Origin: an uncultured Chloroflexia bacterium
GTDB taxonomy: Bacteria > Chloroflexota > Anaerolineae > Anaerolineales > UBA4823
NCBI GenBank assembly: GCA_963706515.1
Contig: CAVPMW010000010.1
Span: 54,377-118,376, forward strand
Reading direction: 5' to 3'
DNA length: 64,000 bases
Both the position numbers and the translations under genes were made by a program. The notes beneath the pieces were generated by a model, which was not told the DNA's origin, did not search any database, and worked only from the letters and a program-made list of their open reading frames with translations. Within the stretch, counting starts at the first letter, position 1, and each line of letters starts with the position of its first letter. Below, piece after piece: positions 8,530 through 17,870 of this stretch.

Positions 8530-10237
8530 TTAAGGAGCAGCCGGCTCTCCAGCCTGTTTCATGTTGTAGATCCAGGCGTAATCGAAACCATCGATCGTGA
8601 CAGTATATTCAGGGGTTAGCGTCTGGAAATATGCCAGGATTTTCGGACTGGGTAACTGCCGTTGCATCTGAAGGAAATATAGTACGACATAATCTGCCTG
8701 TTGTAATTGTTCGAGCGATATGTTATCGTCCATAAACTTGGATGTGCCGTGGAAAAAATATGAGAAACTACCCTCGTTGTACCAGGAAATCACCTTTAGC
8801 TTTCTCACGTGGGGTTTCGTGTTGAGATATTCAGCAGCTTGCTCCAGTTCTTCTCCCCGCCCAATCATCATAACCTCTTTCGCCCGCTGAATGCCTCCCA
8901 GGAGAGGATTGTAATAATTGTAAAAATATGGATAGGTGCTAAAAACCCCGATGGATTGGACAAGAACCAGACAGGTCAGGATAGCCCAAGTGCCAATCGT
9001 TGCCGTCCTGGCAGAGGCGATCTTGGTCAAACCTCGGCTCACAGCCTGAATGATGGTGTACCATCCAAGGGCTGCAATAAGGATCATCGGTCCTTGAATG
9101 GGGAGCTGGTAACGGTCGAATTTTTTTAAGCTCAAACTGATAAAGATGGTGAATAGTATAGAAAATGCGAGCAAGACGAGTAAATAGCGTTTCTGCTCTT
9201 CGGTAAGCTTTAGTATTTTTGGCAAGAACAAACTCAATATTGCCAGGAAGATTCCAATTGAAACCACTCCGGTGATCCGCCAGATAAAAGATACCGGATA
9301 GAAATACCAGGCTGAATTCGCCGCTATAATAGATTGTTCCATTGAAGAAAGTACTGTGATCGTGACCTTCTACTGCATAGTCGGCAGCCTGGGTGAAGAC
9401 CTGCCTGAGAGTCCAGATAGGATTGACCCACATAGCGGGCCAGAGCAGTACAAAGATCAGGCACGCAACAAACAGCCAAAGCAGAACCGGCTTGACCGAA
9501 CTCCAGATTACTCTTGCATTCCGCTGATCAGGACGGCGCCAAGATTGGATGAGGTTTAGTAATACCAACGCGCCGATAAAAGGGATCAAAAAGAAGGCAG
9601 GCGATTTTGTCAGCCAGCTTAGCCCTGCAACAACAGCGGATACGAGCAGGTCAAGCGTTCGCCGAGATTGGTACATGAATCTCATGAAAGCTAATAAGGA
9701 AAGGAGCATCAGTGCACTGACCAATCCGTCTAGATGTAACAGCCGGGAAAGGGAAATGGTGAAAGGGTCCAAAGCGATCAGGAGGATGCCGAGCAATGCC
9801 GGGATTAAACCGAACAGCTTCAAGCAATACCAGAATGTCAAAACTGACGCGATTACAATCAACAAGACGGTGAAAAATCGCCCGCTTGCCAGGACATCAA
9901 CAGCATCAACCAGATGGTTACGCAGGAAAAAATAGAAATTCGGTAGACCATGGAATTGTTGGTCGACCTTTTTTACAAAATCGGGGTACTGCCATAAAAA
10001 TCCGGCAGTACCTGCCCAGGTAACTAATACGCCAGGGTGCTCTTTTTGGTATGTGTTTTTGAAATCTCTGACCGATAATGCCTGGTAGAAATTCCCAGAC
10101 CGCATCAGCCAAAGGGGTTCATCGACCGTCACGCCGCTATCCAGGCGTAAGGCGCGCGGGAGAAGTAAAGAAGCAATTACTACTCCGGAAATCAATATCG
10201 AAAAAACGATTTTTTTGAGGTTAATTTTTCCAAACAT
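8530..10237 (-). pseudogene. GT-C (PMT_2/ArnT-like) glycosyltransferase, tandem paralog copy 1, frameshifted
   Basis: ORFs 8939..10255 and 8530..9342 together align end to end with the intact 568-aa neighbour. They read FFNGTIYYSGE / SAWYFYPVSFIWRITG versus FFNGVIYPSGDAAWFFYPIAFIWRITG. One extra base lies within GAATTC 9314..9319. Start trimmed to ATG 10237 (MFGKINLKKIV). Confidence 0.75.
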
Positions 10238-10282
10238 CGATCGATTACCCGTCAAGCAAATGACCGGTTAGTTTGTGAAATT

Positions 10283-10390
10283 TTATTCGACCCTGGAGCA
10301 TCTCAGCTGGCTTTTCATAGCTGGGTCATGCTCGATTTGCTCGAGCATGATCAGATCGCGGTCGGATTTTGCTGCGGATTGGTTATCCAT
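10283..10390 (-). pseudogene. truncated duplicate of the regulator 5' end (35-codon remnant)
   Basis: 10322..10390 is near-identical to 8387..8455 and encodes MDNQSAAKSDRDLIMLEQIEHDP. It then diverges to a stop at 10285..10283. Confidence 0.8.
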
Positions 10391-10393
10391 ATG

Positions 10394-10417
10394 CTAAAAT
10401 TCAGCAGTTGAATTATA
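10394..10417 (-). promoter_or_regulatory. candidate -10 box plus palindromic operator (copy 2, upstream of the regulator remnant and GT-C copy 1)
   Basis: CTAAAATTCA-GCAGT-TGAATTATA; palindrome at 10398..10414. Confidence 0.55.
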
Positions 10418-10465
10418 GCATGGGATAAGCTTCGACTTCAATATCAGCTACCGGCAGTAATAGAG

Positions 10466-12172
10466 TCAGGGAGCAACCGGCTCCCCAGCCTGTTTCATAT
10501 TGTAGATCCAGGCATAATCGATGCCATCGATCGTGACAACATGTTCCGGTGTCAGGTTTTGGAAATATGCCAGGAATTTCGGACTGGGCAGCTGCCGCTG
10601 CTTTTGGCGGAAGTATAGGACGACGTAATCGGCATGTTTTATTGTCTCAAGGGAGGAAAACGCGTCAATTGGTTTTGAATTTCCGCGGAAAAAATACGAG
10701 AAACTGCCATCGTTGTACCATGAAAAAACTTTCAGCTTTCTAACATCAGGCTTCGTGTTAAGATATTCAGCAGCCTGGTCCAGCCCTTCACCACGGCCTA
10801 TCACCAAAACCTCTTTTGCCCGCTCAATGCCTCCCAGGAGAGGGTTGTAATAATTATAAAAATACGGGAAAGTTTTCATAACCCCTGTGAATTGCACAAA
10901 GACCAGGCAGATCAGGATAGCCCAGGAGCTAATTGCGGCTGCCCTGGCGGAGGCAATCCTCGACATTGCCAACGACACGGCCTGAATGAGGGCATACCAT
11001 CCCAAGGCTGCGACGAGGATCATCGGTCCCTGGATGGGGAGGAAATAGCGATCGGACTGTTTCAAACTCACGCTGATGAAGAGGGTGAAGAGGATTGAGA
11101 AGGCAAGGAGGACGAGTAGATACCGCTTCTGCTCCTGGGTAAGCTTGAGTATTTTGGGCAAGAACAAACTCGCAACCGCCAGGAGGATGCCGATCGTGAC
11201 TACTCCGGTGATGCGCCAGATGAAAGCTATCGGATAGAAAAACCAGGCAGCATCGCCGCTTGGATAGATTACCCCATTAAAAAAAGTAACGCTGTCGTTA
11301 CCTTCAACCGCGTAGTCGGTAGCCAGGGTGAATACGCGGCGGAGCGTATCGAGCGGAGCGACCCACATTGCGGGCCAGAGCAGAACAAAGACGGCGCAAC
11401 CAACCAGGAACCAGAGCAATGCTGGCCTGATCGCCCGCCAGATTACTCTCGCATTCCGCTGATCAGGATGGCGCAAGGACTGGACGAGGTTGAGGAAAAC
11501 CAGCGCACCGATAAAAGGGATCAAAAAGAAGGCAGGCGATTTGGTCAGCCAGCTGAGCCCTGCAGCTACCCCGGAAACGAGCAGGTCGAGCATCCGTCGA
11601 GACTGATAAAAGAACCGCATGAAGGCCAATAAGGAGAGGAGCATCAAGGCGCTGACCAGGCCATCCAGGTGCAGCAGACGGGAAAGGGAGATGGTGAACG
11701 GATCAAAAGCGATCAAGAGAATCCCGAGCAAAGCCGGCATTAAACCGAGCAACTTCCAGCAGTACCAAAACGCCATTATCGAGGCGACAACGATGATTAA
11801 AACTGTAAAAAACCGTTCGCTCACCAGGATATCGAGAGGCTCGACCTTGCGAGTACGCAGGAACAATTGTAAATTCCCCGGACCACGGAATTGGCGGTCG
11901 GCCTCTTTTACATAATCGGGATACCGCCATAAAAATCCGGCAGTCCCTGCCCAGGTGACCAACACGCCAGGGTGCTCTTTTTGGTATGTGTTTTTGAAAT
12001 CTCTGACCGATAATGCCTGGTAAAAATTTGCAGACCGCATCAGCCAGAGGGGTTCATCGATCGTCACTCCGCTATCCAGGCGTAAGGCGCGCGGGAGCAG
12101 CAGGGAGGCAATGACCACCCCGACGATCAATATCGAAAAAACGATTTTTTTGAGGTTAACTTTTTGCAGCAT
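10466..12172 (-). CDS. GT-C (PMT_2/ArnT-like) glycosyltransferase, tandem paralog copy 2 (intact)
   Basis: 568 aa and polytopic. The first-loop acidic motif ...LDSGVTIDEPLW... is typical of GT-C enzymes. It has a soluble C-terminal domain of about 130 aa. Confidence 0.7.
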   Translation of the reverse strand: MLQKVNLKKIVFSILIVGVVIASLLLPRALRLDSGVTIDEPLWLMRSANFYQALSVRDFKNTYQKEHPGVLVTWAGTAGFLWRYPDYVKEADRQFRGPGNLQLFLRTRKVEPLDILVSERFFTVLIIVVASIMAFWYCWKLLGLMPALLGILLIAFDPFTISLSRLLHLDGLVSALMLLSLLAFMRFFYQSRRMLDLLVSGVAAGLSWLTKSPAFFLIPFIGALVFLNLVQSLRHPDQRNARVIWRAIRPALLWFLVGCAVFVLLWPAMWVAPLDTLRRVFTLATDYAVEGNDSVTFFNGVIYPSGDAAWFFYPIAFIWRITGVVTIGILLAVASLFLPKILKLTQEQKRYLLVLLAFSILFTLFISVSLKQSDRYFLPIQGPMILVAALGWYALIQAVSLAMSRIASARAAAISSWAILICLVFVQFTGVMKTFPYFYNYYNPLLGGIERAKEVLVIGRGEGLDQAAEYLNTKPDVRKLKVFSWYNDGSFSYFFRGNSKPIDAFSSLETIKHADYVVLYFRQKQRQLPSPKFLAYFQNLTPEHVVTIDGIDYAWIYNMKQAGEPVAP

Positions 12173-12230
12173 CGACCGAATTTGTTGTCAGAATAGTCGT
12201 TTTACGCAGTGAACGCAGCACCCTCTCAGG

Positions 12231-13724
12231 TTAAGAGCCGCGATATACACTTCGGAGCAGGTAGAAATGCGATTTTCCCCACGAGTATATCGTGCGGTAA
12301 TCATTGCGCAGATGGTCGCTCAGTTTCTGAAATTTAAACCGCCCCAGGAGTATCTCAGCAGGCTGATATTCGTCCACATATTTGATGATGTCGTCCTCAG
12401 ATAATGTACCGGTGGTGAGACGTTTCTCTGAGATAACTGCAAGCGGTGGGGGAATGGGCAATCCAACCCGGAAAGCGTACATCGGGACGTCAGTAAAGAT
12501 CCAGTTTGAATTCGCTGCATACTGGCGCAAGTTACTAAGGATTTCTTCTTCATGCCCGGCAGGCTTAGCGACAGGCTCGATGAGATAAGCAGGCAGTCGA
12601 AAATTATAGTAAATTGGTGGGACCCTGGCAACTAAAATAAGCACAAACCCGGCGATTGAAACCAAAGCAATTAAAGTCTCCCATTGTATCAAGGAGTGGA
12701 GAGAGCGGTTCCTGAGCAATGTGAGCACTGCTTCGGCAATGCCAATGGCTGCCAGCATAGCCAGGGGTACCGTTACTAATAGCTGGTGGTGGTACCAGAC
12801 TGGAGTGTGGAAAGCGAGCAGCAGATAAGCTGTAGCCGACCAGGCGAGCAGGTAAAAGGTGAGCCACTTTTTTTGAATAATAGCAAAGACAGAACCACAG
12901 AAAGCGAGAAGGACGAAGGGCCAGGAGGGGCGGATATAAGCGGTTATGGATAGGGTTTTACCGAGAGATTCATAGAGCTCAACTGTCCGGGCAGCCAGAT
13001 GGGTGTTGAAAAGCTCCGGTAAATAGGCTGGTCCGATGAAAATGAGGGAGACCAGCAGAGATAAAGCAGTGAATGATACGCCCCAAAGGAATGCTGGCGT
13101 CAGCCTGCTGCGCCAAATGTGTTTTTGGTTGGAGGCTGGCTGATAATCCATGAGTATGCCCAACAGGAATATTGGTACGAGGAATAAGGTGAAGATCTTC
13201 GTAAAAGCAGAAAGACCTAATGCCAGCGCGGAAATGAAAAGCCAGAAATTCCGGCGGGAGGTGTGCCAGGCGCCCAATGCCAGCAAAGATAGCATAGCAA
13301 ATGTTAGCGCAGGTAGACCAATCATCACCGAAACGGATAGGGAAGCATAAAAAGGGAGGAGTGCAATCAGCAGAACAGCAAAAAGCGCATGAAGAGTTGA
13401 CCAGGAGAGGCGGACGAACAGTGCGGCTGAAAGCAGAAGGATTGAGGAGAGAATGAGCACGAATGTCCTGGCAATATTGATATCAAAACGGGTCAGCCGG
13501 AGAGTGATTGCCAGCAGGTAGGTGAAGACCGGAGGCTGGTCGCTCCAGATTTGAGAGTAGAGTGGAAAGCCGCGGGCGAGCATCAGGGCTTTGATGGCAT
13601 TGATGCCTTCATCCGGATCGAACTCGAAGCGAGCGCGAAACGGGTAGAAAAGGAAGATCAATAGAAAGAATGCAGCAACAGAAATGAATATAAGTACTTC
13701 CGGGCGTGCAAGCCGGGAGAACAC
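12231..13724 (-). CDS. GT-C (PMT_2/GT39-like) glycosyltransferase
   Basis: Polytopic. The first loop reads ...FEFDPDEGINAIKALMLARGFPLYSQIWSDQPP... (DxDE-type GT-C motif). The start is uncertain: GTG 13724 (GAAAGGAAA upstream, no overlap) is preferred over ATG 13802 or 13916, which overlap the upstream gene. Confidence 0.65.
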   Translation of the reverse strand: MFSRLARPEVLIFISVAAFFLLIFLFYPFRARFEFDPDEGINAIKALMLARGFPLYSQIWSDQPPVFTYLLAITLRLTRFDINIARTFVLILSSILLLSAALFVRLSWSTLHALFAVLLIALLPFYASLSVSVMIGLPALTFAMLSLLALGAWHTSRRNFWLFISALALGLSAFTKIFTLFLVPIFLLGILMDYQPASNQKHIWRSRLTPAFLWGVSFTALSLLVSLIFIGPAYLPELFNTHLAARTVELYESLGKTLSITAYIRPSWPFVLLAFCGSVFAIIQKKWLTFYLLAWSATAYLLLAFHTPVWYHHQLLVTVPLAMLAAIGIAEAVLTLLRNRSLHSLIQWETLIALVSIAGFVLILVARVPPIYYNFRLPAYLIEPVAKPAGHEEEILSNLRQYAANSNWIFTDVPMYAFRVGLPIPPPLAVISEKRLTTGTLSEDDIIKYVDEYQPAEILLGRFKFQKLSDHLRNDYRTIYSWGKSHFYLLRSVYRGS

Positions 13725-13758
13725 AAGTTTCCTTTCAGAATGCCGATTGCCGGTTGTG

Positions 13759-15861
13759 CTATTGTCCAAGCGAATCGCCTGTGGGGGTACACGTGCCCGC
13801 ATCGGTCCGGGGTGCAAGGATCTGGACGTGGATAGATTTGAGGGTTTTTTGTGGTTGGTAATAGCACAAGATCTGCGTTGAAACCTGATCCACCCAGACA
13901 TCATTTTCTTCGCCAAAGGCTTCTAAGCTGCCTTTATGCCGGCGGGAGAGGGGTTCGGAAATTATGAGCGAAAAGCGGTGGTTGGATATATCTTGATAGA
14001 ATTGGTTTAGATACTCCTGATTGCCTCCCATGACCATTTCCATCAGATAAGTTTTTTCATATTCCGGCACGAGAGTAATATCCTTCAGAAAATGGAAAGT
14101 AAGCAGCTGTCGCTCGGTTAATAACAGGACTTCTCCGCCGCTTTTGTTTAGGTGCTTAATTTGTCGTTTCAGTTGTTCGATAGCCTGCATTTTTTCCGCG
14201 GTATAGCGCCGCGTAATTGGCTGGGCAGTAGCAACCACGAAATAAATCGGCAGCAGCAGAGTGATGATTAAGAGAATGTAGCTGACAGCTGCAAAAGCTG
14301 CCGGCAACGGTTTTAGCGGTTCTTTCTCGGTATCCGATCCAATCGGTTCGGGAACTACTTTTTGGAAGAGGAAGAAGGCGGTTATGGTCAATAAAAATGT
14401 CAGGTATGCATCCAGGTTGTGCAGGTTGCTGCCGCCACCAATCTTTACGCTCACCAGCAAGCCGCCGGCAAATAGGACGCCCAGGATCAAGCCAAGCCCG
14501 AGGTAGCGGAGAGGGTGATACCATCTCCACTTGCCTGCCAGGCCTATCGCAATCAGTCCGAAAAATGGCAGTGAAACGATGATCGCTGCCGGAAAAATAC
14601 CCCAGCGGTAAGTCGGGTTTGGCAGCAGACGATACCAGAGCAGGGAGGAGCTGAAACTCGTTGAAAATTGGTCGGGTGGAATCCCAGACCAAACTATGTA
14701 CAGCTCATGGAATACGTATGCGGTGATCAGACCCAGCACCCCCCACACGACCGGTTTTAACAGATATCGCCAGAAACCCAGCTCGCTAACGGGTTGTTTG
14801 AGTAAGTAGAGAGTCACTGCCAGCATGGCTGGGATTGGGAACCAGTTCACCCGGCTCAGCCCCACCCAGGCGGAGGCGATCAGGATAACCAACAGGGTTT
14901 GCCATTTCTTGCGCAGGTTGAATCCAAATAAAACCAGGATCACGGGAACCAGGAGATGGTAGTACACCGGCGGGATCAATACGAATAAAAACACCCAGGC
15001 AGCGACCAAAACTCCGTACAACCGGTCTTTGAGTGACAGCTGCCTCACGAGTGCTACTCCGGTGAGCAGTGCAGTCACTGCCCACAGGATCTGCTGCCAC
15101 AAACGGTGAACGAGGATGGGTGTATTGGGGATTAGGAATGGAGCCGCTTCCATCAAATAACGGGTTGGATGCAGCGTTGGAGGGGGAACGTGGAATCCAT
15201 AGATCCACTGCGATAGATACAGCGAGGCAAAATAATAGCGACTCGCCTCGGACCAGTCCAGCGAGAATGGATAGCTCGTTATTGGTTCTATAAGCGCGGC
15301 GATCTCGATAATTACGCTGCCTAACAGCAGTGCGCTGATCAGTATCAAGCCCAAATTGCGCTTCAGACCAGCAGCCTTCAGAAAGAATCCCCCGCAAAGC
15401 GTAGCCATCCAAAGTAAAGCGAACCGGATATACGTAGGATCGAACAGCTCAGCCTTAGGACCTAAGAGCAAGAATGTGTATCCACCGAATATCAGAACGA
15501 AGAAGAAATAATTGAGATAGCCTAAACGCTGCAGGATGTGGAGGATCCTGTAATAAATCGAAATCAAATTATCTTTCCAACGCGTCCAGGTCAGAATGAA
15601 GAGAATCCCAGTCAATAGAATTCCAACAATTCCGATGACCAGGACAGCGATCCAGCGCAGCGAGCTAAAAAGCGCGCCTATCTCGTAATAGGGTCCTAGA
15701 AGACGAACTAACCCTACTATCTCTGCGAAAAGGGTGACTGCCAGGATGCCGCGCAGGTAGCTTAGCTGCCTGGAATGCGCGTCAGAATTCGGAGAGAGCT
15801 TTAATAATTCGGTCAAGGGCTTTTTTGTCCGGAGCGGAAATCTCCCGTTCGTTATGGCCAA
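13759..15861 (-). CDS. 700-aa polytopic membrane protein with soluble C-terminal domain, unclassified (GT-C-like or polymerase-like?)
   Basis: Long ORF with more than 12 hydrophobic segments. It is a paralog of 15852..17870. Shared blocks are YPFSL.WSE, YRL.PNPTY, KIGGG.NLHN.D and a C-terminal RQLLTF...LVP.YEK.YLM...RFSLII.EPL...FGEEN..WV. Confidence 0.6.
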   Translation of the reverse strand: MAITNGRFPLRTKKPLTELLKLSPNSDAHSRQLSYLRGILAVTLFAEIVGLVRLLGPYYEIGALFSSLRWIAVLVIGIVGILLTGILFILTWTRWKDNLISIYYRILHILQRLGYLNYFFFVLIFGGYTFLLLGPKAELFDPTYIRFALLWMATLCGGFFLKAAGLKRNLGLILISALLLGSVIIEIAALIEPITSYPFSLDWSEASRYYFASLYLSQWIYGFHVPPPTLHPTRYLMEAAPFLIPNTPILVHRLWQQILWAVTALLTGVALVRQLSLKDRLYGVLVAAWVFLFVLIPPVYYHLLVPVILVLFGFNLRKKWQTLLVILIASAWVGLSRVNWFPIPAMLAVTLYLLKQPVSELGFWRYLLKPVVWGVLGLITAYVFHELYIVWSGIPPDQFSTSFSSSLLWYRLLPNPTYRWGIFPAAIIVSLPFFGLIAIGLAGKWRWYHPLRYLGLGLILGVLFAGGLLVSVKIGGGSNLHNLDAYLTFLLTITAFFLFQKVVPEPIGSDTEKEPLKPLPAAFAAVSYILLIITLLLPIYFVVATAQPITRRYTAEKMQAIEQLKRQIKHLNKSGGEVLLLTERQLLTFHFLKDITLVPEYEKTYLMEMVMGGNQEYLNQFYQDISNHRFSLIISEPLSRRHKGSLEAFGEENDVWVDQVSTQILCYYQPQKTLKSIHVQILAPRTDAGTCTPTGDSLGQ

Positions 15862-17870
15862 TCTTCACCACTATAGAATTGGAAATTTGGCTCAGAAATC
15901 GCCGGTGCAGAAGAAAGCAGCTCCTGGACCATTAGATCACAGTTTTCCACATTTTCCCTGGGAATGAGCATTTGGACTTTAACTTTCTTATAGAGTTTAA
16001 AGGATTTGTAGTAGCAAAGAACCGGATTCGATACCCACTTTACCCATGCAGCATTTTCTTCGCCAAAGCTATCACCTGTATCCGAAATGTTGGTATATAA
16101 CGGTTCAGTGATAATCAGGCTAAAACGCTTTTTTGCCAGGTCAGCATAAAATTGTTGGAAATATGCGCTGTTTCCGGCCATAGCCTGATCCATCAGGTAA
16201 TTCTTTTCGTAATCTGGAACCAGGTTGGCAGAGCGAATATTCCCAAAAGTAAGCAGCTGGCGCTGATCGATGAACAGAACTTCTGTCCCAGCCTTGTCTA
16301 CGTTTGTCTTAATCTTATTGAGCGCTTTTTGGACGTACTCCTGTGGGGGAAAAATAAGCGGCCTAGTTTGGGTAGATACACTCCAGATCGGAACCAGGAA
16401 TGCCAGGACGGCAAATGTCTTGACCCAGTTTGGGAGAGCCTGGAAAGAGGGTAAGCCCCCTCTTCTCAAAAACTGTGAGATCAGGATGACGATCGTGATC
16501 AAGAACATATCCATGTTGTGGAGGTTATTACCCCCGCCGATCTTAATACTGGCGACTAAGCCTGCGATCAGGAAAGCGAAACAAACACCAAATGAAACAA
16601 TAATCTGTGTCCAGGTAAGCTTCCACCGCCGAGAGGCTGCCAACCAGCAAAGAAGTAAGATCACTGGACCAGTGGCGATGAGCAAAGAGAGCAAGATTCC
16701 ATTTGGATAAGTAGGATTGGGGAAAAGTCTGTAAAAAAGAAGGGGCTGAGATAACGACAGGGTGGATTGGCGTAAATTTGTCCAGCGCTGGTAGTTGCTC
16801 AGCAGTCCGGGAATGCTGCCGACCAGTCCAATGATAATGGCAGGCAGTATTCGTGAGAACCAGCTCCCTGACCTTTGCGGAAAGTATTGGTCAATATCGA
16901 TCAATCCAGCCCAGACACCGGGTGAGAGCGACCAGGTCCAGCGGCTGAGACCCGCATAGAGGCTGGCTATCCCCGTCGGGATGGCGCGCTTCCAAAGCTC
17001 GACCCGGTCGATCATCACGGTCAGGATAGCTGCAATAAGCAGCGGTGCGTAGATAGGACCCTGGTACAGGAAGAGCGCTAACCATACTGCCAGGGCGAAC
17101 CGGGTGATGCGCGGCTGGGTCCCTTTCGCGCAGATCCATCCGAAAATCAGCGGTGGAAGGATCCAAAGCAAAGCATTCCATAAGCGATGAAACCAAATCG
17201 GTAAGTTTGGGATCAAAAACCAGATCCCCCACAGCCCGAAGCGACCAGGAGAAAAATAAGGGATCGTCAATGAATCCTGGGTTGGATAAAGGGATTTAGC
17301 GAAGATTAGCGAGTAATCGTACAGACGGTTCCCTTCGGACCAGGTCAGTGAGAACGGGTAATTCACTACGTAGACCAGCTGCCCTGCAGCAAGAAACAGG
17401 TACGCGCTGAATAGCATGGTTAATATAAGCCGGAATGAATATTTTGATTGGGCGAGGCTGGGGAAGAATAGACTTGTGACCAGTAAGAATGGGATGAGCA
17501 GGATGCTCCTAAACCCGGGGGAATCGGTCACCCCGCGGCTGATTCCCGAAAAGGAAAGATAGATCGGGAATAACAGAAGCGCGACGTATATCAAGATACG
17601 CAGCCAGTATTTAAGCTTGAAGGGCAACCCGGCAATTTGGTCGAGAGTACCCCGGATATTGGCTGATTTTTTCGAAAGAGCCCAACCGATCAAAACCAAA
17701 CAGGTCAGAATGGCAAAAACCCAGCCAAGCTCGAGGATAATTTTCAGGCGAGGAGATACGCCGCCATCAATGACCTGCTTTACCGCAAAACTCAACAGGC
17801 AGGCATATGCACCGATAGCAGCGATAAGGATAATTTTAAGGTAGCGATTGGTCGTTGTTTGCACTTCCAT
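15852..17870 (-). CDS. 672-aa polytopic membrane protein with soluble C-terminal domain, unclassified (paralog of 13759..15861)
   Basis: Same conserved blocks as its neighbour. 10-nt overlap with the downstream paralog. Confidence 0.6.
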   Translation of the reverse strand: MEVQTTTNRYLKIILIAAIGAYACLLSFAVKQVIDGGVSPRLKIILELGWVFAILTCLVLIGWALSKKSANIRGTLDQIAGLPFKLKYWLRILIYVALLLFPIYLSFSGISRGVTDSPGFRSILLIPFLLVTSLFFPSLAQSKYSFRLILTMLFSAYLFLAAGQLVYVVNYPFSLTWSEGNRLYDYSLIFAKSLYPTQDSLTIPYFSPGRFGLWGIWFLIPNLPIWFHRLWNALLWILPPLIFGWICAKGTQPRITRFALAVWLALFLYQGPIYAPLLIAAILTVMIDRVELWKRAIPTGIASLYAGLSRWTWSLSPGVWAGLIDIDQYFPQRSGSWFSRILPAIIIGLVGSIPGLLSNYQRWTNLRQSTLSLSQPLLFYRLFPNPTYPNGILLSLLIATGPVILLLCWLAASRRWKLTWTQIIVSFGVCFAFLIAGLVASIKIGGGNNLHNMDMFLITIVILISQFLRRGGLPSFQALPNWVKTFAVLAFLVPIWSVSTQTRPLIFPPQEYVQKALNKIKTNVDKAGTEVLFIDQRQLLTFGNIRSANLVPDYEKNYLMDQAMAGNSAYFQQFYADLAKKRFSLIITEPLYTNISDTGDSFGEENAAWVKWVSNPVLCYYKSFKLYKKVKVQMLIPRENVENCDLMVQELLSSAPAISEPNFQFYSGEDWP

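Noticed and set aside
14156-15412. Minus-strand ORFs 14156..14692 (178 aa) and 14786..15412 (208 aa).
   Set aside because: They are out-of-frame ORFs entirely inside the 700-aa membrane-protein gene. The composition is atypical (Arg/Pro/Gly-rich) and no independent start signals are present.
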